From a virus, in IMG/VR virus record IMGVR_UViG_3300028025_000091, positions 32,001 to 96,000 of that record: DNA of 64,000 nucleotides; one strand, given 5' to 3'. A program made the translations under genes and the position numbers. This document shows, piece after piece, positions 28,504-38,323 of the stretch; positions within the stretch are counted from its first letter, which is position 1; each line of letters starts with the position of its first letter. The notes beneath the pieces are model-generated. The model ran no database searches. It saw nothing but the letters and a program-made list of their open reading frames with translations, and had not been told where the DNA came from.

Positions 28504-29655
28504 ATGAATATTCCAATTTGGCCCGGCTCAAGTTCATTCCAACCAGGAGAAACTCCATTTGGTTTTTATGACAATGATTATCAATTTCAAACAGATGCTG
28601 ATAAATTTGCTAAATTTGCGGCACAACGTTTAGGTTATCCTTTAGTAGAAGTTGAATTACAAAATATTAATTTTTATACTGCTTTAGAAGAGGCAGTTAC
28701 TACATATGGAAATGAATTGTATGCTTATCAAGTAGCAGAAAATTTATTATCTTTCCAAGGAGCATCAACAACAATCAACCCTGGAAATAACGAACTAGTT
28801 GAAGAAAATTTGGCAGCTATAGTACGTTTATCTAATCAATATGGTGAAGAAGCAGGTGTTGGAGGTACTATTACATATCATACAGGATCCATTACCCTAA
28901 TCCCAGGAGTACAAAATTACGATTTAAAATCTTGGGCAACATCCCAAGGTATTCAAGGTGGTATTGAAATGAAAAGAGTATTTTATGAAGCACCCCCTGC
29001 AATCACTCGTTACTTTGACCCATATGCAGGTACAGGTACAGGAATGATGCAAATGATGGACTCATTTGGTTGGGGATCATATTCACCAGCTATTAATTTC
29101 ATGCTAATGCCTATCAGTTATGATATGCAAAAAATCCAAGCAATTGAATTTAATGACCAAATTAGAAAATCACAATATACATTTGAGTTAGTTAACAACG
29201 TATTAAGAATATTTCCAATTCCTCAAGGAGGAGGAATTCGTGAATTACATTTTGAATATATTTTACTTACTGATCGTAATCAACCATATACCGAAAGAAA
29301 CGGACAAAGTATTATTACCAATGCATCTAACGTCCCATACCAAAACCCAACATATACTGCGATTAACTCGATTGGTCGTCAATGGATATTTGAATATGGA
29401 TTAGGTATCGTTAAAGAAATTTTAGGCTATGTTAGAGGTAAATACTCTACCATCCCTATCCCAGGATCTGAAGTAACTTTAAATCAAGGTGATTTAATTA
29501 CTGCTGCAACAAGTGAAAAACAAGCGTTAATTGAACGTTTAAGAGCATATTTTGATACAACTTCCCGCAAAACATTACTTGCTAATAAAGCAGAAGAAGC
29601 ACAAAGTCAAATGAGTATATTAAATGACGTTCCAATGACAATTTTTATAGGATAA
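28504..29655 (+). CDS. Neck protein (T4 gp13-like)
   Basis: RLGYPLVEVEL and ILGYVRGKY..IPIPG..VTLN. Confidence 0.8.
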   Translation: MNIPIWPGSSSFQPGETPFGFYDNDYQFQTDADKFAKFAAQRLGYPLVEVELQNINFYTALEEAVTTYGNELYAYQVAENLLSFQGASTTINPGNNELVEENLAAIVRLSNQYGEEAGVGGTITYHTGSITLIPGVQNYDLKSWATSQGIQGGIEMKRVFYEAPPAITRYFDPYAGTGTGMMQMMDSFGWGSYSPAINFMLMPISYDMQKIQAIEFNDQIRKSQYTFELVNNVLRIFPIPQGGGIRELHFEYILLTDRNQPYTERNGQSIITNASNVPYQNPTYTAINSIGRQWIFEYGLGIVKEILGYVRGKYSTIPIPGSEVTLNQGDLITAATSEKQALIERLRAYFDTTSRKTLLANKAEEAQSQMSILNDVPMTIFIG

Positions 29656-29656
29656 T

Positions 29657-30166
29657 ATGGCATTATTTGGCACCCAACGTGACGTTTCCCTAATTAGACA
29701 CCTTAATCGTGAGTTGTTATGGGATATTATTACTGAACAATGTGTATATTATCAATTTAAAACAGCTGAAACTAAAGTAAACATGTATGGTGAAGCAGCA
29801 GGTGCTAAATATTATGGTGAACCTGTTATCTTAAACATGCTTGTTGATAGAGGTGATAACACTTCACCAACAAGTGATATGGGTGTAGATTATGATCGTC
29901 CTATGACATTTAAATTCTTTAGAGATGATTTAGTTGATGCTAGTTTAGTGCCTGATGTAGGTGATATCATTATGTGGTATGAAGGATATTGGGAAGTTGA
30001 AAACACAAACGCTAACCAATTATTTGTAGGTAAAGACCCAGCATATCCATATAACGAAAATCCACTTAATCCTGGATTAGAAAACTATGGTACCAATTTA
30101 TCTATTATGTGTGTATGTCATTATGTACCTGCTGATAGAGTTCAAATTACTAAAGAAAGGATATAA
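29657..30166 (+). CDS. Neck/head-closure protein (T4 gp14-like)
   Basis: Position; NMYGEA and PDVGDII motifs. Confidence 0.65.
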   Translation: MALFGTQRDVSLIRHLNRELLWDIITEQCVYYQFKTAETKVNMYGEAAGAKYYGEPVILNMLVDRGDNTSPTSDMGVDYDRPMTFKFFRDDLVDASLVPDVGDIIMWYEGYWEVENTNANQLFVGKDPAYPYNENPLNPGLENYGTNLSIMCVCHYVPADRVQITKERI

Positions 30167-30169
30167 GAC

Positions 30170-31075
30170 ATGCCATCAGTAAGAAAACCCAATCCAAAAT
30201 CTCAATTAGAGATCCAAAACGATCAGATAGAACCTTATGTTTTTCCTGATACCGGAGAATCTTATGGTAATCCTAACATACCTTCTAACTTTAACCAATT
30301 TACAGCAAACGATCAAAGCGGAATAGATTTTAATCGTTCTGAAAAAATGTCTTTTAAAGACGATCCATCCCTTCCATTTACTGTTGGGTTACAAGATATA
30401 GATGAATCCATAATGTATTACTTTCAAAATGTAATTCGACCTACAGTAATACAAAATGGTGTTCGTATTCCGGTTCCTATTATTTATGGTGCACCTGAAC
30501 GTTGGAAATCTGTATCAAAAGATGGATACTATAAAGATAAAAATGGTGCTATTATGTCTCCTTTAATTATGTTTAAAAGAGATACAATGGATAAAAACCG
30601 TTCTCTTACTAATAAACTGGATGCTAATACACCCCATTTATATACATCTTGGGTAAGAACATATAACCCAAAAAATGCATATTCTAATTTTAACGTTCTA
30701 ACTAACCGCAAACCGGTTAAACAGTTTGTAGTAAATGTAGTACCGGATTATGTTACATTAACTTATAGTTGTGTTATTCAAACATATTATGTAGAACAAC
30801 TTAATAAAATTATTGAAGCAGTAAACTATGCTTCAGATTCATATTGGGGTGACCCAGAGCGTTTTAAATTTAAATCAACTATTGACTCATATTCTACAGT
30901 TGTGGAAATAGGTGATACAACAAACCGTGTTGTAAAAGGTACATTCTCAATCAAATTATTTGGTTATATTGTACCAGACACAATTCAAAAAGAGGTTACA
31001 GCTATTAAAAAATATAATAGTAAAGCCCAAGTTATTATTGGTGTTGAAACAGTTAATAATTTAAATAATCTATAA
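30170..31075 (+). CDS. Tail terminator/sheath stabiliser (T4 gp15-like)
   Basis: VPIIYGAPERW, PLI, PDYVTLTY and QLNKIIE; position before the sheath genes. Confidence 0.7.
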   Translation: MPSVRKPNPKSQLEIQNDQIEPYVFPDTGESYGNPNIPSNFNQFTANDQSGIDFNRSEKMSFKDDPSLPFTVGLQDIDESIMYYFQNVIRPTVIQNGVRIPVPIIYGAPERWKSVSKDGYYKDKNGAIMSPLIMFKRDTMDKNRSLTNKLDANTPHLYTSWVRTYNPKNAYSNFNVLTNRKPVKQFVVNVVPDYVTLTYSCVIQTYYVEQLNKIIEAVNYASDSYWGDPERFKFKSTIDSYSTVVEIGDTTNRVVKGTFSIKLFGYIVPDTIQKEVTAIKKYNSKAQVIIGVETVNNLNNL

Positions 31076-31221
31076 TGGCAGCAAAAGCAAAAGGACAAAC
31101 CGCAGTTTCATTCGTGAGAAAACCTAAAAAGAAAAACCCAGGTGTTCACGCAAAATCAAAATCAAGTAAAAACAAAAACAGTAAAAATTACACTAAAGTG
31201 TATGTTTCACAGGGAAAATGA
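31075..31221 (+). CDS. Small very basic protein, 48 aa, not in the ORF track
   Basis: TAATG-coupled; MAAKAKGQTAVSFVRKPKKKNPGVHAKSKSSKNKNSKNYTKVYVSQGK. Confidence 0.6.
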   Translation: MAAKAKGQTAVSFVRKPKKKNPGVHAKSKSSKNKNSKNYTKVYVSQGK

Positions 31222-31242
31222 TATTTATAATAAATTAAAATT

Positions 31243-31506
31243 ATGCCAATCGTTACAGAACAAAAGTTTTTATCAGAAGAAGAAAAAACAGTACTATTAG
31301 AAATTCGTCAAAAAACTCAAGCATTAATTGCTGAATTGGGTGAAATCGAGTTAATTAAATTACAATTAGAAGATCGTCATGATTCTGCTAAAACATTTTT
31401 AAGTGAACTCAAAACCAAAGAACAAGAATTTACTAAATCAGTATTCGACAAATATGGTAAAGTTAATGTTAACCCAGAAACCGGTGAAATTACACCAATG
31501 GATTAA
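31243..31506 (+). CDS. Small coiled-coil protein
   Basis: Late motif at 31221; coiled coil ending KYGKVNVNPETGEI. Confidence 0.7.
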   Translation: MPIVTEQKFLSEEEKTVLLEIRQKTQALIAELGEIELIKLQLEDRHDSAKTFLSELKTKEQEFTKSVFDKYGKVNVNPETGEITPMD

Positions 31507-31524
31507 TCTGGATTTAAATACACC

Positions 31525-31534
31525 ATATTTATAA
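31525..31534 (+). promoter_or_regulatory. Putative late promoter ATATTTATAA (sheath 1)
   Basis: Intergenic exact motif match. Confidence 0.7.
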
Positions 31535-31551
31535 TAAAATAACATATTACA

Positions 31552-33321
31552 ATGGCAGAAACAATTGTATCACCTGGTGTATTAGCAATAGAAAATGATC
31601 AATCATTTATAACACAACAACCTGTACAAGCAGGTGCCGCTATCGTAGGTCCAACAGTAAAAGGTAAAGTAGGTATTCCTACAATTTGCACAACATATAG
31701 TGATTATCTAAATAAATATGGTGCTACTTTTTTAAGTGGAAGTACTACATATACTTATCTTACTTCAATTGCTGCTTACAACTATTTTGCAGGTGGTGGA
31801 AACACATTACTTGTTACTCGTGTAGTAAGTGGTAGTACAACCACAGCTTGGACCCCAGCTACTTCATCATTTATATCCTCATCTGCTCATGCAGCCGGTG
31901 CCCCTTATAATACTTCAACATTTGTTTTAGAAACATTAGCTGAAGGAGAAATTTTAAACAGTGTAGGTCCTACGGGTTCAAATGGTACACTTTTAAGTGG
32001 TTCTGCAGATAATTACAGATGGCAAATTGTTTCTCCTGATACTAATAATGGAACTTTTACACTTGTTATCCGTCAAGGGAATGATTCAAATATTCAAAAC
32101 TCTATTTTAGAAACTTGGGGTCCACTTTCATTAGATCCATATGCTTCAAACTATATTGAAAAAGTAATTGGTAATCAAATTGAAAATATAGCAATAGATA
32201 ATGGTGAATACTACATCCAATTATCTGGAAGTTATCAAAACCAATCAGCTTATGTTCGTGTTAAACAAGTAAATCAAACCACACCAAATTATTTCGATAA
32301 TGTAGGAAACCCTAAAAATGAATTTACTGGATCAATCCCAGTAACTCAAAGTGGTGTATTTGGAGATGCAAAAGGAAGTAATATTCCTACATTTGCTGCT
32401 GGAGCGTATTATGAAAATATTTCAAATACTAATGTTCAAGGTTTAAAAGCTAATGATTATACAGAATCTATTTCTTTATTAGCAAATAAGGATGCTTTTA
32501 AATATAATTTATTAATTGCTCCTGGTTTAATTGCTGACCCACAATCTTTTAATTTACATAATGCTGTAGTAAATCAAATGATTACAACAGTTCAAGAAAG
32601 AGGAGATTCAATGGTAGTAACAGATGTAGTTGGATATGGATCAAATATCACCCCAGTAGTTACTAGTGCACAATCAAAAGATACTTCATATGCTGCGACA
32701 TATTGGCCTTGGTTACTCACTGTAGATCCTAATACATCTAATTATGTTTGGGTTCCTACAGCTACATTAATTCCTAGAGTATATGCTCAAAACGATGCTA
32801 TTGCTTATCCTTGGTTTGCACCAGCAGGTGTTAATCGTGGAATAATGACATCTGTTATTAAAACTGAAAGAGTATTAACACAAGGAAATAGAGATACATT
32901 ATATAAAGCAAACATTAATCCAATCGCAAATATTGCTACAGCTGCTGGATCAGCAATATCAGTATTTGGACAAAAAACATTACAGAAAAAAACAACTGCT
33001 TTAGATCGTGTAAATGTACGTCGTTTATTAATTGAACTTAAAAATTATATATCTCAAGTAGCTGATACATTTGTATTTGAACAAAATAATGAAGCAACAA
33101 GAAATAGTTTATTATCATTAATTAATCCTTATTTATCACAAGTTCAACAACAACAAGGTTTAACATCATTCCAAGTTATAATTAATGAATCAAATAATAC
33201 ACCTACTACAGTAGATCAAAATCAATTAATAGGCCAAATTTATTTGCAACCAACTAAAACAGCTGAATTCATTATATTAGACTTTAATATATTACCTACA
33301 GGTGCAACGTTTCCTGCTTAG
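31552..33321 (+). CDS. Tail sheath protein, copy 1 (gp18-like)
   Basis: SPGV..IE.D, PWFAPAG..RG, RDTLYKANINPI, GQKTL and DRVNVRRL. Confidence 0.93.
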   Translation: MAETIVSPGVLAIENDQSFITQQPVQAGAAIVGPTVKGKVGIPTICTTYSDYLNKYGATFLSGSTTYTYLTSIAAYNYFAGGGNTLLVTRVVSGSTTTAWTPATSSFISSSAHAAGAPYNTSTFVLETLAEGEILNSVGPTGSNGTLLSGSADNYRWQIVSPDTNNGTFTLVIRQGNDSNIQNSILETWGPLSLDPYASNYIEKVIGNQIENIAIDNGEYYIQLSGSYQNQSAYVRVKQVNQTTPNYFDNVGNPKNEFTGSIPVTQSGVFGDAKGSNIPTFAAGAYYENISNTNVQGLKANDYTESISLLANKDAFKYNLLIAPGLIADPQSFNLHNAVVNQMITTVQERGDSMVVTDVVGYGSNITPVVTSAQSKDTSYAATYWPWLLTVDPNTSNYVWVPTATLIPRVYAQNDAIAYPWFAPAGVNRGIMTSVIKTERVLTQGNRDTLYKANINPIANIATAAGSAISVFGQKTLQKKTTALDRVNVRRLLIELKNYISQVADTFVFEQNNEATRNSLLSLINPYLSQVQQQQGLTSFQVIINESNNTPTTVDQNQLIGQIYLQPTKTAEFIILDFNILPTGATFPA

Positions 33322-33345
33322 TAATATATTTTAAAGAGAATATTC

Positions 33346-33355
33346 ATATTTATAA
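33346..33355 (+). promoter_or_regulatory. Putative late promoter ATATTTATAA (sheath 2)
   Basis: Intergenic exact motif match. Confidence 0.7.
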
Positions 33356-33367
33356 TAAAAAGATAAA

Positions 33368-35086
33368 ATGGCAAATTTTACAACTTCTCCTGGAGTAGCA
33401 ATTAGCGAAATAGATAACACTTATTTGACAGGACAACCTGTTCAAGCGGGTGCTGCTATTGTAGGCCCAACAGTTAAAGGACCTGTTGAGACACCAACCT
33501 TAGTAACCTCTTATTCAGATTACGTAACAAAGTTTGGAGAAACATTTATTAGTGGTGGTCAATCATATTCATATTTAACTTCAATTGCTGCTTATAATTA
33601 TTTCAATTATGGAGGAACTTCATTATTAGTTGCTCGTGTAGTAACTGCATCAGCTAACTGGGCATCAGCTCAAAGCACAACCATTCCAAATTACTTCACT
33701 TCAGCATCATTTGTTTTAGAAACAATTTCTGAAGGAACTATTATGAATAACTCAGGCTCTAATGCTTTAGGAGCTAATGGAACATTAAATTCAGGATCAT
33801 CTGATAATATTCGTTGGGAAATTACCAATTCAAATACTGGATCAGGAACATTTAATGTTTTAGTTAGACGTGGTAATGATACTGAATCTAATAAAGCAGT
33901 ATTAGAAGCATGGAATAACTTAACACTTGACCCTAATTCAAATCGTTATATTTCTCAAGTAATTGGTGATCAAGTATTGAATTATAATGCCGCGAATAAT
34001 CAAATGGAATTATCTGGAAGTTATCCAAATATGTCCCAGTATATTCGTGTTAAAACTGTTAATTACTCAACACCAGATTATTTTGATGCAAACGGTGTAG
34101 CAATTAGTGCTTATACAGCTTCAATCCCAGTAAACGGTAGTGGTTCAGAAGGAGGTTCATTTTATAATGCTAGTGGAACAGTAAATAGTACCATCAATTT
34201 ATATAATAATATTTCAACTAACACTCAAGGATTGATTGGTGCTAGTTACAATAATATGATTGCGTTAATGGGTAATCCTGAAGCTTACCAATTTAATCTT
34301 TTATTCACTCCAGGATTATTAAACGATACTCATACCGCTCAAATTACAAATATTATCTCTAATACAATTGCACGAGGTGATAACATGTATGTAATGGATT
34401 TAGGAGCATTTGGAACAACAACAACCGGTGCCATAATCCAAGCTCAAACACGTGATACTTCATACGCTGCATCTTATTTCCCTTGGGTTCGAATCATTGA
34501 CCCATCAACAGGAAAACAAGTATGGGTTCCAGCTTCAACAGTAGTACCAGGTGTATATGCATTTAATGATAAAGTATCAGCTCCATGGTTCGCACCAGCA
34601 GGTATTAACAGAGGTGGATTAAGTACAGTATTACAAGCTGAGTTGAAATTAACTCAAGGTAATCGTGATACATTATATGCAAATAATATAAACCCAATTG
34701 CAACATTACCTAAACAAGGAGTTGTAGTATACGGACAAAAAACATTACAAAAATCCCAATCAGCTCTTGACCGTGTAAATGTTAGACGTTTGATGATTGA
34801 ATTAAAAGGATATATTCGTCAAATTGCAGATACAATAGTATTTGAACAAAACAATATCACAACAAGAAATTCATTTATAGCACGTGTTACTCCATATTTA
34901 GAAGGAATCCAACAAAAACAAGGACTATATGCTTATAAAGTTGTTATGGATGATACAAATAACGGACCAGCAGTAATTGACCAAAACCAATTAGTAGGAC
35001 AAATTTATATCCAACCAACACGCACAGCTGAATTTATTTCATTAGATTTCATCCTAATGCCTACAGGAGCTCAATTCCCAGGATAA
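33368..35086 (+). CDS. Tail sheath protein, copy 2 (gp18-like)
   Basis: Same motifs as copy 1; full-length paralog with its own late motif. Confidence 0.93.
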   Translation: MANFTTSPGVAISEIDNTYLTGQPVQAGAAIVGPTVKGPVETPTLVTSYSDYVTKFGETFISGGQSYSYLTSIAAYNYFNYGGTSLLVARVVTASANWASAQSTTIPNYFTSASFVLETISEGTIMNNSGSNALGANGTLNSGSSDNIRWEITNSNTGSGTFNVLVRRGNDTESNKAVLEAWNNLTLDPNSNRYISQVIGDQVLNYNAANNQMELSGSYPNMSQYIRVKTVNYSTPDYFDANGVAISAYTASIPVNGSGSEGGSFYNASGTVNSTINLYNNISTNTQGLIGASYNNMIALMGNPEAYQFNLLFTPGLLNDTHTAQITNIISNTIARGDNMYVMDLGAFGTTTTGAIIQAQTRDTSYAASYFPWVRIIDPSTGKQVWVPASTVVPGVYAFNDKVSAPWFAPAGINRGGLSTVLQAELKLTQGNRDTLYANNINPIATLPKQGVVVYGQKTLQKSQSALDRVNVRRLMIELKGYIRQIADTIVFEQNNITTRNSFIARVTPYLEGIQQKQGLYAYKVVMDDTNNGPAVIDQNQLVGQIYIQPTRTAEFISLDFILMPTGAQFPG

Positions 35087-35101
35087 AAACTAAAAAATAT
35101 A

Positions 35102-35111
35102 ATATTTATAA
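35102..35111 (+). promoter_or_regulatory. Putative late promoter ATATTTATAA (tail tube)
   Basis: Intergenic exact motif match. Confidence 0.7.
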
Positions 35112-35131
35112 TAAAACTAAAATAAAATAAG

Positions 35132-35620
35132 ATGCCAATTTTAGATCAAAATCAGATATTTTTCACTCCATTTGAACCAAAACAAAGTAATCGTTTTGTC
35201 GTTTCAATCGATGGCGTTCCTGGATACTTAGTTAAAGGAGTTAGTGCAATTTCTGCTACACAAACAGCGGTTGCTCTTAACCATATCAACATTCAACGAT
35301 ATGTAAAAGGAAAAACTATCTGGGGACCTATTACATTTACAATGTACGAATCAATCACTCCATCTGGTGCACAATCAATAATGGAATGGGTACGTTTAGG
35401 TCACGAATCAGTAACAGGTAGAGATGGATATTCTGATTTCTATAAAAAAGATATCTACTTCAATGCTGTAGGACCTGTAGGTGATTATGTATCTGAATGG
35501 GTAATCAAAGGAGCTGTTATTACAAGCGTTAACTTTGGAGATTACAACTGGGATGATGACGGAACTGTAGTAAACATTACAGTTGAAGTTCAACCAGATT
35601 ACTGTGTATTGAACTACTAA
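35132..35620 (+). CDS. Tail tube protein (gp19-like)
   Basis: FEPKQSNRF, W.PITFT.Y, EWV, YKKDI, EW.IKGA and C-terminal DYC.L.Y; follows the sheaths. Confidence 0.88.
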   Translation: MPILDQNQIFFTPFEPKQSNRFVVSIDGVPGYLVKGVSAISATQTAVALNHINIQRYVKGKTIWGPITFTMYESITPSGAQSIMEWVRLGHESVTGRDGYSDFYKKDIYFNAVGPVGDYVSEWVIKGAVITSVNFGDYNWDDDGTVVNITVEVQPDYCVLNY

Positions 35621-35642
35621 GAACAAAACAACAAAGAATACG

Positions 35643-35680
35643 AAAGCTCCAAAGAAATTTGGGGCTTTTACTTTCTTTTC
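35643..35680 (+). terminator. Rho-independent terminator after the tail tube
   Basis: AAAGCTCCAAA-GAAA-TTTGGGGCTTT followed by a T-rich tract. Confidence 0.75.
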
Positions 35681-35689
35681 ATATATTGG
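35658..35689 (+). promoter_or_regulatory. Bacteroidota-like promoter TTTG-N20-TATATTGG
   Basis: TTTG at 35658-35661 and TATATTGG at 35682-35689, just before ATG 35694. Confidence 0.55.
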
Positions 35690-35693
35690 GCTT

Positions 35694-37892
35694 ATGAAAA
35701 AATTATTGATATTTCTTTTATTGACTAGTATAGGATACGGTCAATATTGTCCTGCATTAGGACCCGATCAAATATTACCTTGTGGTGTAGGATCAACTAC
35801 ATTAACCGCAGATTTAAGCCAATGTGGAGCGGGTAATAACCCCAATCAAACAACAAACTACACTGTTGCTTCCATACCGTATGTAGCCCAAACCAATACT
35901 GGAACATCTGTGTTTATGACAGATGATTCTCAACAAGGACCATTTAATATTGGTTTTAATTTTTGTTTTTTTGGAACGACATATGCCCAATTTTATATTG
36001 GATCAAATGGATGGATTTCGTTTAGTGGAGGTCAACCAACAACATTTACAACTCAAACTATCCCAACGGGGAATGCTTTAGTACCTAAAAATTGTATTAT
36101 GGGACCATGGCAGGATTGGCATCCTGGAATTGGTGGTCAAATTAAATACCAAACAGTAGGTGTAGCTCCATGTAGAAAATTAATTGTAAGTTGGATTGGA
36201 GTCCCAATGTTCAGTTGTACTGGAAATCAAGGTACATTCCATATTGTAATTGAAGAATCCACTAACTATATCAGTAACTATATTCAATCAAAACCTTCTT
36301 GTACCCAATGGCAAGGTGGAACAGCTATTGAAGGAATCCATAATGCTGCCGGAACCGTTGCAGTAGCAGTACCTGGAAGAAATTCCACAGTTTGGACAGC
36401 TACTAATGATGCTTGGAGATGGACCCCTAGTGGACCAGTAGTTACCCCAGTATTAACTTGGTATCAAGTAGGAAATCCTGTAGCTATTGGAACAGGCCCA
36501 AGCATTAATGTTTCACCTTTAACACCAACACAATATACTTGTCATTTTGTTTATCCAACTTGTAATGCTGGATGGTCTTCATGTAATGCTGGAACAAGCT
36601 TAGGACCTGATACTGTATTAGTTGTACCGGGACCTCCAAATTTACCAAACCCAACTATTTTTAATATTGATCCAACTTGTAATGGAGATTGTGATGGAAG
36701 TATCTTTATTTCCCCAAATGGAGGTACAGGAGTTCAATTAATTTCATGGAATGGTCCCCAACTTGGATTTAATCCATCAAGTTTATGTGCTGGTGTATAT
36801 TCATTTACTCTTACAGACGCTGCTGGATGTACAGTCTCTAATACTGTTACATTAGTAAATCCACCTGTTCCTGTAATTAGCCCTATTACTTATAACGATA
36901 CTATTTGTTACCAATCACCAATTGAAATCTATTCAGTAACTTCACAACCTGGATACACATATCAATGGTCTTCACTTTCCCAAATCACTTCAGGACAAGG
37001 TACAAATACTATAAATGTAGATTGGAGCTCATTCTCTTCAGGTTTTATTCCGGGTGCTATTATGGTAACAGGATATAATCAAAACAATTGTCCTAGTTTA
37101 CCTGAATCAATTGATTTAATTGTATTTAATATTTTACCTGTAATTGATCCTGCAGGTCCGTTTTGTTCAAATGATGAGTTTTCAACATTAAATGCTACAC
37201 CTATTGGAGGTGTATTTAGTGGAACAGGAATGATGGGTAATGATTTTTATCCTTTATTTGCTGATACTTTAGACAATTTTATAACTTATACCTATTTGCA
37301 AAGTGGATGCTCATTCGATACTACAATTAATATTACTGTTTACGAACAGCCAACTATTACCTCAATTACACCATATAATGAATTCTTTGAACTGTGTGAT
37401 GGTGATTCTATACCAAGTACATACTCGGTAGTTGCTTCTTTACCCGGTTATAATGAATGGACTATATTGAATAATACCGTCCAAACAGAAACACTAAATA
37501 TCGCTTGGAACGCGCCCGGAATGTTTGATATTTCGGTAGTACATTATTCAAATGGATGTCCCTCCCCACAACAACAAACAGTAATTACTATTGTACAATG
37601 TCCTGAGCTATTATTCTTTGTTCCAAATTCATTCACCCCGGATGGAAACGAACATAATAATTCTTTTAAATGGACTTTTACAAGTGGATTTGATCCTTAT
37701 AATTTTCATGTAGAAATTTATAATAGGTGGGGAGAAATGATTTATGAAAGTCATGACCCTAATGATTATTGGGATGGAACATATGCTAATATCCCTTGCA
37801 CCCCAGGATTATACAATTACAAAGTTGATTTTAAAAGTCAAAAAGATGATGGTAAATATGAATTTGTAGGAAGTGTTAATCTTATTAGATAG
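35694..37892 (+). CDS. Secreted adhesin-like protein with T9SS type B (gliding-motility/CHU_C) sorting domain
   Basis: Signal peptide; NIDO-like (IGFNFCFFG..Y.QFYIGSNGWISF); SprB-like repeat (PTCNGDCDGSI...TDAAGC); PKD-like (GQGTNTINVDW); C-terminal VPNSFTPDG...IYNRWGE...WDG. Confidence 0.85.
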   Translation: MKKLLIFLLLTSIGYGQYCPALGPDQILPCGVGSTTLTADLSQCGAGNNPNQTTNYTVASIPYVAQTNTGTSVFMTDDSQQGPFNIGFNFCFFGTTYAQFYIGSNGWISFSGGQPTTFTTQTIPTGNALVPKNCIMGPWQDWHPGIGGQIKYQTVGVAPCRKLIVSWIGVPMFSCTGNQGTFHIVIEESTNYISNYIQSKPSCTQWQGGTAIEGIHNAAGTVAVAVPGRNSTVWTATNDAWRWTPSGPVVTPVLTWYQVGNPVAIGTGPSINVSPLTPTQYTCHFVYPTCNAGWSSCNAGTSLGPDTVLVVPGPPNLPNPTIFNIDPTCNGDCDGSIFISPNGGTGVQLISWNGPQLGFNPSSLCAGVYSFTLTDAAGCTVSNTVTLVNPPVPVISPITYNDTICYQSPIEIYSVTSQPGYTYQWSSLSQITSGQGTNTINVDWSSFSSGFIPGAIMVTGYNQNNCPSLPESIDLIVFNILPVIDPAGPFCSNDEFSTLNATPIGGVFSGTGMMGNDFYPLFADTLDNFITYTYLQSGCSFDTTINITVYEQPTITSITPYNEFFELCDGDSIPSTYSVVASLPGYNEWTILNNTVQTETLNIAWNAPGMFDISVVHYSNGCPSPQQQTVITIVQCPELLFFVPNSFTPDGNEHNNSFKWTFTSGFDPYNFHVEIYNRWGEMIYESHDPNDYWDGTYANIPCTPGLYNYKVDFKSQKDDGKYEFVGSVNLIR

Positions 37893-37910
37893 TACAATAT
37901 TTATAACAGT

Positions 37911-38282
37911 ATGAAATTAGAAAATCTACGTACGTTAGTAAAAGAAGAATTAAGCAGAAAGCTTAACGAAGAATACCAAGACAAATTCAAAATGGTTGGT
38001 ATGATTATCACTAACATTAAAAAACGCCCACAGAAAGAAATATTTTCCGACATCCGTTCACTTCCTGGCATTACAGTAGCATCAGCAAAAGAGCCACTTG
38101 AATATAGTCAACAGAATACAGAAAAATTTCAAACTATTTTAACTATTAAAGTTGATGGACATCCTTGGATTGTAAAAGGTGGTTTTGATAGATCAAAAAT
38201 GGAAGAAATACGCAAAGAAATATTGAAGATAGAAGGAGTATTATCATATAACGTAAATTCTGATAATATTACTTCTCTTTAA
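37911..38282 (+). CDS. Hypothetical protein with MKLENLRTLVKEELSRKLNEE leader
   Basis: Late motif at 37897; leader shared with the 13158 ORF; DIRSLPGIT motif. Confidence 0.7.
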   Translation: MKLENLRTLVKEELSRKLNEEYQDKFKMVGMIITNIKKRPQKEIFSDIRSLPGITVASAKEPLEYSQQNTEKFQTILTIKVDGHPWIVKGGFDRSKMEEIRKEILKIEGVLSYNVNSDNITSL

Positions 38283-38323
38283 TATATGTATATAAAACAA
38301 TTAAGTTATAATAAATAAAAATT

